Shown: piece by piece, positions 36,370-44,162 of the stretch | Position numbering within the stretch: the first letter of the stretch is position 1 | Layout of the letters: each line of letters opens with the position of its first letter | Program-made: the position numbers and the translations under genes | Source: Candidatus Saccharimonadota bacterium | Lineage (GTDB): Bacteria > Patescibacteriota > Saccharimonadia > Saccharimonadales > VXPC01 | Assembly: GCA_026707815.1 (NCBI GenBank) | Contig: JAPOWB010000003.1 | Location: 131,380 to 195,379 of the forward strand | Direction of reading: 5' to 3' | Length of the DNA stretch: 64,000 nt | The notes under the pieces: generated by a model | Database searches by the model: none | Told to the model about the DNA's origin: nothing | Seen by the model: the letters and a program-made list of their open reading frames with translations, nothing else

Positions 36370-38271
36370 ATGGTAAAAAAAGAGACTTTAGCCAGTGATT
36401 CAAAAGTTGAAAATTGTGAAAATTTGACTGATTCAAATCAGCTTGAAAGCATTCTGTCTTTACTAGAATGGATTGTCAAAAATGATGCCAATCCTGAATC
36501 CTTGGAGATGATTCAAAAAACGATTGAAGATAAATTCTCAGAGATTGATGATATTGCTCAATATTCTGATAGATTAAATCAACTAAGAAACCAAATATCT
36601 GATTTATCCCAACCAAACTCTGTCGGTGATTTAGTAGAAACTAATCCTGAAACTAAAATTAAGTCCATCACTCCAGCTGGGATTGATTATTTAAAGCCAA
36701 TTGTCACTAATAGTGATAGTAATGTTTATGCCTTTAAAGATTCGTACAGTCCAATCACTATTGCTGCCAGTATGGCAAGATTAAGTCGACGAGGTGATGA
36801 TTTGAGGATTACTTTATTGGAGGAATTTAGTGATTCTGAATTGGCTAAAGATGAATCCTTGCTTAAAAGAGTTATATCGGCTTACGGCGATGATTCTGTC
36901 CAACAATTAGCTGGACAACATGTCGTCGTTGAGGGCGCTAGCAATTTACTGACCAAAAAATTAGAATGGGGTCGTCTAGCTAGTTATTTAGAACAATCAA
37001 CCCGTTATATTTTCTTTGACCAAAAAGATCAATCGGGAGCATATAAATATGTCACTCCACCGGAAGTCTTAAAAGACGATCGACTAGCTGATTTTTATCA
37101 AAACGTCTGTGATAGATTATTCGTTAATTATTCTGAATTAGTCCGAGCTTTGACTGATTACAGCCGAACTGTTAATCCCAGACCTCAAGACAGAGGCGAG
37201 GTTATTGCTTGGCAGAATGCGACTAGAGCAGCTGCTTGTGATGTAGCTCGCAATATTTTGCCGGTTGCTACTAAATCAACAGTTGGTATTTTTGCTTCAG
37301 GACAAGCTTTAGAATACTTAATTATGAGACTCTTGAGCGATGACCTAGCCGAAGCCCAGCAAACAGGTCAAGCTATCTTAAATGAAAGCCGTCAAACCAT
37401 GGGAGTCTTTTTGGAAAGAGCTGATTTACCTGATCGAGGTGGAGCTTATTCCATGTATCAAGCTCAAACTCGGCAATCTCTCCGCAAAATTATTAAAGAG
37501 TATCCAGAACTGCAACCAGCTTCCGATGTCTCGGAAGAAGAAAAATCTGAGATTATTCATCCATTCGCTGAATTAATGAATTACAACTACCCCAATGAAT
37601 TAGATTTAGTTGCTGATATGCTTTATGATCAGACTCATCTTTCATTAGAGGATTTAAGGACACTCATTGATCAGTGGACGGTTGGAGCAAAATTAGAAGT
37701 TTTCCAAGCCTATATTGGCGACCGACTCAATCGTCGACATAAACCAGGTCGAGCCTTGGAAAAGATTCATTATGAATGGGATATTGTCTCAGATTATGGC
37801 ATCTTCCGAGACTTACAACGACATCGTATGATCGAAGATTTAACTTGGCAAACTCTAACTCCTCAAACCGTATCCTTTGAAAACTATCCAATCCCTGATC
37901 TCGTTGACAAAACTAACTTTCAAAGCTTATGGCAGCAATCATTTCAGCTGTCTGAACGCCTATTCAATGTCCTGCTAGAAGAAACCAGCGATCAGGTGGC
38001 TCAGTATGCCACTCTCTTGGGACATTACATGCGCTGGAAAATGAGTTATAACGCTCGCCAAGCCTTTCATATTCATGAATTAAGAACTACACCTCAGGGA
38101 CATCCTAGTTATCGACGATTGGTTAATCAAATGCATGAACAAATTAGCAAAATACATCCTCTCATAGGAGAAGCTATGAAATTCGTTAATCAAGATGAAG
38201 ATCCAGCCCTAGCTCGTTTAGCTGCTGAACGTTATCAGCAATATAAACTAAATCAGTTAACCAATAACTAA
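36370..38271 (+). CDS. Tandem-domain ThyX-like (FAD-dependent thymidylate synthase family) protein, 633 aa
   Basis: First half has LEWGRLASYLEQSTRY: the S..E.S.RY part of the ThyX motif is kept but RHR is replaced by WGR. Second half has DLQRHRMIED: RHR is kept but the serine part is lost. Genomic context is dcd-tmk. Confidence 0.6.
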   Translation: MVKKETLASDSKVENCENLTDSNQLESILSLLEWIVKNDANPESLEMIQKTIEDKFSEIDDIAQYSDRLNQLRNQISDLSQPNSVGDLVETNPETKIKSITPAGIDYLKPIVTNSDSNVYAFKDSYSPITIAASMARLSRRGDDLRITLLEEFSDSELAKDESLLKRVISAYGDDSVQQLAGQHVVVEGASNLLTKKLEWGRLASYLEQSTRYIFFDQKDQSGAYKYVTPPEVLKDDRLADFYQNVCDRLFVNYSELVRALTDYSRTVNPRPQDRGEVIAWQNATRAAACDVARNILPVATKSTVGIFASGQALEYLIMRLLSDDLAEAQQTGQAILNESRQTMGVFLERADLPDRGGAYSMYQAQTRQSLRKIIKEYPELQPASDVSEEEKSEIIHPFAELMNYNYPNELDLVADMLYDQTHLSLEDLRTLIDQWTVGAKLEVFQAYIGDRLNRRHKPGRALEKIHYEWDIVSDYGIFRDLQRHRMIEDLTWQTLTPQTVSFENYPIPDLVDKTNFQSLWQQSFQLSERLFNVLLEETSDQVAQYATLLGHYMRWKMSYNARQAFHIHELRTTPQGHPSYRRLVNQMHEQISKIHPLIGEAMKFVNQDEDPALARLAAERYQQYKLNQLTNN

Positions 38272-38338
38272 TTCCCTTTCTCTCTGTATGTGAGAAATTA
38301 TTTTCTTAGCGCCTACTTCTGAATAAAGAAAGCTGAAA

Positions 38339-38587
38339 CTAGAAAAACAAAACAGCTTCGACAGATTGTTGAGGCACGAAATATATTGCCGATTGGTAAT
38401 GATCCCCCTGGAGATAGACTCCATTTGAACTGACAAAAATAATTCTCTTAATTAAAGGCAACTGCTGAAATTTGAAATAAGCAATTTGTCCGACTTGGAA
38501 TTGGTTAGTTTTTCGCAAAACAACTAATTGCTTATTCTTCAAAGTTGGATACATGCTCTGACCCCGAATTTTACGAATTAAAAACAT
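38339..38587 (-). CDS. sodX: S26-type signal-peptidase-like protease, probable Ni-SOD maturation protease
   Basis: IRGQSMYPTLKNKQLVV...LIKRII gives the Ser/Lys dyad context. Lies immediately downstream of sodN. Confidence 0.65.
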   Translation of the reverse strand: MFLIRKIRGQSMYPTLKNKQLVVLRKTNQFQVGQIAYFKFQQLPLIKRIIFVSSNGVYLQGDHYQSAIYFVPQQSVEAVLFF

Positions 38588-38684
38588 GACACAAGTTATT
38601 TTAAGGAATACCTAAAGCATTAATTCACAAGTATTAGGAATTGAAGCCTTGAGACAAATTAACATCATGCCTAAAGAGAGTTGT

Positions 38685-39056
38685 TCAGGCTGCCTCTTTA
38701 AAGATTTTATCCAAAGCTTCAATTTGATTAATAAAATCTTCAACGATTTTAATATCAGCATTTTGCTTAATTAGGCTGCATTGCTGAGCCATAATATAAA
38801 GCTGATTATGTAACTGGGGATTAGCTTGGTAATGATGAGCTTTGAAATAATCGCTCCAAAGTATATAGATTTGTTGTTTGCAAATCTGAGTATGCTCTTC
38901 TTTAAGCATAATCAGACGAATATATTGAGCTTCTGAGGGAGTTAAATCTAGTAGTTTTTTAGCTAATTTCAAGCAAGTCAGAGCTGAATTTTTTAAAGTA
39001 TCTGTTTCATAATGTCCACATGGACCATCGCAATGGGCATCAACTATTTTAAACAT
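38685..39056 (-). CDS. sodN: Nickel superoxide dismutase precursor
   Basis: MFKIVDA|HCDGPCGHY is the Ni-hook HCxxPCGxY behind a short leader. LWSDYFK and LDKIF are conserved as in Streptomyces SodN. Confidence 0.85.
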   Translation of the reverse strand: MFKIVDAHCDGPCGHYETDTLKNSALTCLKLAKKLLDLTPSEAQYIRLIMLKEEHTQICKQQIYILWSDYFKAHHYQANPQLHNQLYIMAQQCSLIKQNADIKIVEDFINQIEALDKIFKEAA

Positions 39057-39078
39057 AAACTCATTTTATATCTTAAAC

Positions 39079-39741
39079 TTAAAATTTACGAGTTTGTTGT
39101 TTTCGCCAAGCTTCAATTTGACTATGATGTCCAGTCAATAAAACTGGGGGTACACTGAGATCTCTGAAAATCTCGGGCTTGGTATACTGGGGATATTCAA
39201 TCTGATTATCAGAGGTAACAAAACTCTCATTTTCAATACTTGATGGACTAGCTAAAACTCCATCCAATAAGCGAACAACACTGTCAACAACTAACAAGCT
39301 TGGTAATTCTGAACCAGTCAAGATATATTGACCGATGGAAATCTGTTCATCAACCCAAGCCACAATTCTCTCATCATAACCTTCATATCTACCCCCAATT
39401 AAAATTAAATCTGAATCAGATTGAGCCAAGTCAAAAGCTTTGGCTTGTTTAAAAAGTTTGCCTCTGGGAGTTAATAAAATAACTTTTGTCGGATTGACGG
39501 TTTTCTGCTTAATAAATTCAAGAACTGCAACCAAGGGTTCAACTCTTAAAATCATGCCCCCACCTCCGCCATAAGGAGTATCGTCAACTTGTCGTCGTTT
39601 GCCTAAACCAAACTGCCTTAAATCGATAACATTAAATTGCACTATGCCAGCCAGCTGAGCCTTGGCTAGCATGCCAATTCTTAAATAACTTTCAATGGCT
39701 TGAGGAAAAAGACTGACAATACTAATTTGTCTCATGATCAA
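39079..39741 (-). CDS. trmD: tRNA (guanine37-N1)-methyltransferase TrmD
   Basis: VSLFPQ..., DDTPYGGGGGM, LIGGRYEGYDER and SIGQYILTGSELP. Start probably ATG 39735. Confidence 0.9.
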   Translation of the reverse strand: MIMRQISIVSLFPQAIESYLRIGMLAKAQLAGIVQFNVIDLRQFGLGKRRQVDDTPYGGGGGMILRVEPLVAVLEFIKQKTVNPTKVILLTPRGKLFKQAKAFDLAQSDSDLILIGGRYEGYDERIVAWVDEQISIGQYILTGSELPSLLVVDSVVRLLDGVLASPSSIENESFVTSDNQIEYPQYTKPEIFRDLSVPPVLLTGHHSQIEAWRKQQTRKF

Positions 39742-40202
39742 AGATCAAGATCATTTAAATCATCTAGCTCTTTTTGGGTTTGCTTCAATAAAGAATCGCT
39801 TGATGCAGGCTTGTCTGATTCTGCTGGGGTATCTTGAGCAAATTCATTGACAATCTCCTCTTCGTCGGAAGAATCAGCTTCTTGAGAAGCTGGTGAATTT
39901 TCGACTTCATCAACGGCTGGTTTCTCTGCATTTCTTGGTGAATAAGATTCTTCTCGGCTGCTATTCTCATCCGCAATCCTCAAATTATAATGAGCTTCGT
40001 TTTTGCTACCCAAAGCTCTAAGGAGAGTTCTCAAGCTCTGAGCCGTTGAACCTTTACGTCCAATCACTCGACCTAAATCCTCCGAAGCAACATGCAAAGT
40101 TAATAAAACACCCCTCTCATCTATAGTCCGCTCAACTTTGACTTCATCGGGCTTATTAACTAGGGCAGAAATAATATATTTAACAAATTCTTGATCTATC
40201 AT
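39738..40202 (-). CDS. KH-domain RNA-binding protein (KhpA/YlqC-like) with acidic C-terminal extension
   Basis: LGRVIGRKGSTAQSLRTLLRALG is the KH GxxG core. Gene order is rpsP-KH-trmD. TGA stop. Confidence 0.8.
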   Translation of the reverse strand: MIDQEFVKYIISALVNKPDEVKVERTIDERGVLLTLHVASEDLGRVIGRKGSTAQSLRTLLRALGSKNEAHYNLRIADENSSREESYSPRNAEKPAVDEVENSPASQEADSSDEEEIVNEFAQDTPAESDKPASSDSLLKQTQKELDDLNDLDL

Positions 40203-40297
40203 ACCTTATCCTTCTCTTGAGATATATTCTAAATTTTCAAACTTCTAAAAAAGAAAACTACTCTATATAGTAGCAAAAAACATAAGAATTATTAAAA

Positions 40298-40825
40298 TTA
40301 TTTTGGCTTTTTATCTGTTGTTGCAGCTGTATCATCGGTAGAATCATCTGCTTGAGCTGTTTGTAGTTGAGCTTCTGAGTCAGATTCTGAAGTTTGGCTT
40401 GCTTCAGAAGTTGATTGATTGTCATTGACAACAGTAGCAGTCTGATCATCAGCCTTAGTATCTTTAGTAATTGTCTGAGATTCATCTGAGTTAGCTTTTG
40501 ATGCAGTCTCAGATGATTGATTGCGGCGAAGTTTATCAGGATATTTGATTTTGGATTGTTTAATCGCTGGTTTCTTTACCCATTTAGGTAAATCTATCTT
40601 TTGGCTGGTTAAAAAATAAACCACTCTTTGAGAGGGTTGCGCTCCATGCTTTAAATAATGCTCAACTTTAGCTAAATCAATGCCATGCTCTTTAGTGTGA
40701 GGATTATAAAAACCTAAATTGGCAATAACTTTGCCTGAGGTTGGTGTACGACGAGAATCTTGAACTACCATCCGAAACTGGGCATGCTTTTTCCGACCTG
40801 TTCTTTGTAATCTAATGCTAACCAT
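40298..40825 (-). CDS. rpsP: 30S ribosomal protein bS16 with long low-complexity C-terminal extension
   Basis: MVSIRLQRTGRKKHAQFRMVVQDSRRTPTSGKVIANLGFYNP. Confidence 0.9.
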   Translation of the reverse strand: MVSIRLQRTGRKKHAQFRMVVQDSRRTPTSGKVIANLGFYNPHTKEHGIDLAKVEHYLKHGAQPSQRVVYFLTSQKIDLPKWVKKPAIKQSKIKYPDKLRRNQSSETASKANSDESQTITKDTKADDQTATVVNDNQSTSEASQTSESDSEAQLQTAQADDSTDDTAATTDKKPK

Positions 40826-40977
40826 AATTGCCCAATATATAAAATTGACGCTGAAAAGTCATTCTAGCTAGCTTTAATAAATTTGTCAAAAATCCAAAAA
40901 CTCCCTTCAAAACAATCTGCCATATAATTTGCTATAATCTATATAAAATGGTATAAAAGTAGGAATTTATAGAAGCA

Positions 40978-41511
40978 ATGTCTAAATTTGAATCATTTAC
41001 CCCCCCCCGCCACCGCGATCTTATAGTTGATATCACTGAAAGATTGGATCAGCCAAATAATTGTATCAATGGTAATTTTGAGATTAATAAAAATTATCAG
41101 CCAGAAACAACTAAGATTTCTGAAGCCACCAAAACTCAACCAGAAATTGTAGAGATTATCCCTTCCCCGACTATCGTTGATTGCAATCATTTGCCAAAAA
41201 TGAAAGTCAGGCTGAAAAACAGAAAAATTGCTGTTGTCAGTAAAAAACCAACCCCCATTAAAAAAGACTGGCATCAAGATGCTGCTTGTCGGGGTTTAAT
41301 TGATTTATTCTATAAGGAATATCCAACTAAAGAAGATACAACTAAAGTGAAAGACTTGTGCTGTCGTTGCCCAGTCGTTTCTTCCTGTTTAGAAACTGGG
41401 TTGACTGCTAATCGGGGAATCCCAGAAAAATTTGGAATTTGGGCTGGTTTCAACTCAAGAGAACTCTCGAAAATTCATCGAGCCCGGCAGGCAGATAGAA
41501 AATTCAGCTAA
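40978..41511 (+). CDS. WhiB-like (Wbl) Fe-S transcription factor with ~95-aa N-terminal extension
   Basis: WHQDAACRG...(x)...LCCRCPVVSSCLETGL...FGIWAGFNSRE gives four Cys in C-Xn-C-X2-C-X5-C spacing plus the G[IV]WGG-like turn. Confidence 0.75.
   Translation: MSKFESFTPPRHRDLIVDITERLDQPNNCINGNFEINKNYQPETTKISEATKTQPEIVEIIPSPTIVDCNHLPKMKVRLKNRKIAVVSKKPTPIKKDWHQDAACRGLIDLFYKEYPTKEDTTKVKDLCCRCPVVSSCLETGLTANRGIPEKFGIWAGFNSRELSKIHRARQADRKFS
41000..41008 (+). repeat. C9 homopolymer in codons 8-11 of the WhiB-like gene
   Basis: ttt acc ccc ccc cgc (FTPPR). Confidence 0.95.
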
Positions 41512-41520
41512 GTTTTTTTG

Positions 41521-42237
41521 CTATAAGGATACTGGCTTGATATTCAATTTATCTAAGGCAACTTGGGCGGCTTTTTGGGCAGCTGCTTGTTTAGAATAGC
41601 CCTGCCCTTTACCACATAATTTATCTTCAACATAAACGCCGACTAGAAAAGTCTTATTATGATCGGGTCCATCTTCATTTAAAATCCTGTAAATTGGAGT
41701 CTGATTCTGGGTCATCTGAATATGCTCCTGAAACCGAGTTTTAGCATCAATCCAAGTACCTTCTTCTAAAATAGCTGGTAGCAAACTAATGATATATTCT
41801 TGAATAAAATTGTCAGCTGCTTGATAACCTTGATCCAAATAAATTGCCCCGATAACAGCTTCAAAAACATTGGCTAAAATCTGTTCTTGAGCCCGTTGAC
41901 TGCTTTTACGCTCTCCTTTAGAAACTCTCAGATAATCTAAAAAATGGAGCTTGCGGGCAACTGCAGCTAGACTTTCAGTTCTAACTAAAGAAGCTCTCCA
42001 GTTGGTCAAAATACCCTCTGGATGCTGGTAATTACGATATAGATAATCAGTGACAATAATTTCTAAAACTGCGTCGCCAAGAAATTCTAATCTCTCATTA
42101 TTTTCCAAACTCGAACGCTTATGTTCATTAAGATAAGAACAATGAGTAAAGGCTGTCTTTAAAAGATTGACATCCTTAAAGCCGATGCCAATTATTTTTT
42201 GAGATAAATCCTGATATGTTTGAGAATCCAAATTCAT
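41521..42237 (-). CDS. rnc: Ribonuclease III
   Basis: NERLEFLGDAVLE signature plus a C-terminal dsRBD (GPDHNKTF...GYSKQAAAQKAA). Confidence 0.95.
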   Translation of the reverse strand: MNLDSQTYQDLSQKIIGIGFKDVNLLKTAFTHCSYLNEHKRSSLENNERLEFLGDAVLEIIVTDYLYRNYQHPEGILTNWRASLVRTESLAAVARKLHFLDYLRVSKGERKSSQRAQEQILANVFEAVIGAIYLDQGYQAADNFIQEYIISLLPAILEEGTWIDAKTRFQEHIQMTQNQTPIYRILNEDGPDHNKTFLVGVYVEDKLCGKGQGYSKQAAAQKAAQVALDKLNIKPVSL

Positions 42238-42243
42238 TATTAA

Positions 42244-42720
42244 CTAAATTTGAGCCCGTCGAATCATTTTATAAGCCATCGTTAAGATATCAATCTCGGC
42301 TGGGGATTTCAAAGACTGGCAAGCTTGTTCAAAGGTTAGCCAAGCTACTTGAGGAGATTGGTTGTTTAAAGTTTCATATTTTAAAATTCTAACCAAAGCA
42401 AATTGATAAGTCTGAGGTTGACTGGTTTGTTCCTTATCACTGCTGACAGTCACATGATAAGTTCCAGGTAAAATCTTAGCTTCAATATTTAAGCCAAATT
42501 TAGTTAACCGCTGGGTAAAATCTGACTGATTGGCTACCAATTCATGATAACCAGTCAATAAACTTCGACGGTTTTTCAGGCACAAAAAATATAAAACTCC
42601 TTGAGATAAATAATAAGCCACCAGCCCTTGAGTGTGATTAAGGCTAGTTAAAGTTTGAGATTTTTTAAACTTGAAAATTGACCAAAATTTATTCATCTTG
42701 TTTTTATGTCGCTCCTTCAA
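42244..42720 (-). CDS. Hypothetical protein (158 aa)
   Basis: ORF only. Overlaps the nusB 3' end by 17 nt. Confidence 0.35.
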   Translation of the reverse strand: MKERHKNKMNKFWSIFKFKKSQTLTSLNHTQGLVAYYLSQGVLYFLCLKNRRSLLTGYHELVANQSDFTQRLTKFGLNIEAKILPGTYHVTVSSDKEQTSQPQTYQFALVRILKYETLNNQSPQVAWLTFEQACQSLKSPAEIDILTMAYKMIRRAQI

Positions 42721-43174
42721 CTGACTTGGGATTATCTTTTAGTATTTTATCAGCTTCTGAGCTTTGACGAAAAACGGATCCTAGCACTCCGTTGACAAAC
42801 TTAGAAGAGTTATCTCCTCCATAGTGTTTAGCTAATTCAACAGCTTCATTGATAGCAACTTTGGCTGGAACATCTGATTGTCTATAACAGAGTTCATATA
42901 TGCCAAGCTGTAAAATACTCCGATCAATGAGAGGCAAATCTTCCAAAGGCCTTTGATCAGCTAAAGGTCGAATCTTATCATCAAGCTTTGTCATATGACT
43001 AACTACACCATGAACTAAATCAACAGTAAATTGTGGATCTGTTAAATCTTTGGCTCGATGTTGAAGGTGTCTTTTCAAAATTTGGTCTAAGATGTCTTTC
43101 TTGTCTGCATGAAAAGCATATTCATAAAGTACTTGAAGGGCAACAATGCGACCTAGATGACGGCTAGAAGCCAT
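42704..43174 (-). CDS. nusB: Transcription antitermination factor NusB
   Basis: [14 protein letters not shown]..., [13 protein letters not shown] and [24 protein letters not shown]. Confidence 0.9.
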   Translation of the reverse strand: MASSRHLGRIVALQVLYEYAFHADKKDILDQILKRHLQHRAKDLTDPQFTVDLVHGVVSHMTKLDDKIRPLADQRPLEDLPLIDRSILQLGIYELCYRQSDVPAKVAINEAVELAKHYGGDNSSKFVNGVLGSVFRQSSEADKILKDNPKSVEGAT

Positions 43175-43388
43175 AATTAATTCTCTTTATATTAACTATT
43201 ATGGCAATGATACTAGTTTCAGATATAATCTTCAATTCTTTTTCATCCGTAGCTCATTTCCCGCACGGATAATTCGACTCTCTTAGTTTGCACCCTTTAC
43301 ATTTATAAATAGTCGATCCATCTGACAAAGATTATAGCAACCACCTTAATAGACTCTGCAATTCCCCTTTAAAAGTATTGACTAGTTT

Positions 43389-43622
43389 TTAACTAGAAGG
43401 TCTAACTGGCTTTTTAGGGGTCACAGCTTTAGTTTTAGGAGAACTCTTAGTCAATTTAGTTGTGGACTCAGCTTTTAAAACGGCTTTATGTTTACGAAGC
43501 TGTCTAGGTGTCCAAACTAAAACGGGGCTAATCCTATTAACCGAACGCCTTAATTTGGCATGCAAATGTGATCGACGATGACCAGTCTTGCTTCTTGTAT
43601 TACGTTTCTTGGGGACAGCCAT
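43389..43622 (-). CDS. rpmF: 50S ribosomal protein bL32 with basic C-terminal extension
   Basis: MAVPKKRNTRSKTGHRRSH. Confidence 0.9.
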   Translation of the reverse strand: MAVPKKRNTRSKTGHRRSHLHAKLRRSVNRISPVLVWTPRQLRKHKAVLKAESTTKLTKSSPKTKAVTPKKPVRPSS

Positions 43623-43731
43623 AATAATTAAACTTTCTGAAATTATATAGATTCAGAAACTTAATAGCAATAATTTGATAAAAAATATAAAAGATTATAT
43701 AATATACGACATAACATTAATTTTATAGACT

Positions 43732-44121
43732 ATGAATCAATCTCACAATCCCTCTAAACGCCCAATTCTTTATGATTGGAGCAAGGAAGAAGATTTCGTG
43801 GAAGTCAATAAACAGGACTCCCCTTCAAAAAACGACCCAAAAAAATCGATTGATGATTCCAATGTCATCCCCATCAATCGAGAGCAGGCAGAAATTATAC
43901 AATTACCGAATTCTCATCCGTCCATTAATGATGATCAACCCATGAAGATGTTAGCTAAAGCTAATCAAAATAGTGTTTTGGAATTCTTGCCTGTCGATGA
44001 AAGTTTACTTGAAATTGATAGAAAGGATAGATTGAGGCGACGTCTCAAATTCCAAACTAGATTAGCTGGGGGTACCTTAGCAGTCTGGGCTACTTATCAA
44101 ACTCTGGGAACAATAAATTAA
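43732..44121 (+). CDS. Hypothetical protein with C-terminal TM segment
   Basis: ORF only. C-terminal LAGGTLAVWATYQTLG. Confidence 0.35.
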   Translation: MNQSHNPSKRPILYDWSKEEDFVEVNKQDSPSKNDPKKSIDDSNVIPINREQAEIIQLPNSHPSINDDQPMKMLAKANQNSVLEFLPVDESLLEIDRKDRLRRRLKFQTRLAGGTLAVWATYQTLGTIN

Positions 44122-44162
44122 GCTTAGAGCTTTAAATAATTTTTTTCAGATATACCACAATA

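Noticed and set aside
39785-40485. ORFs 39785-39976 and 40258-40485 within the acidic tails of the KH protein and bS16
   Set aside because: They are alternate frames of low-complexity C-terminal extensions. The annotated frames are continuous with conserved N-terminal domains.
40993-41277. Antisense 94-aa ORF opposite the WhiB-like N-terminal extension
   Set aside because: It has no motifs. The plus-strand frame is continuous into the Wbl domain. Because the N-terminal extension is itself unassigned, this rejection is less certain than the others.
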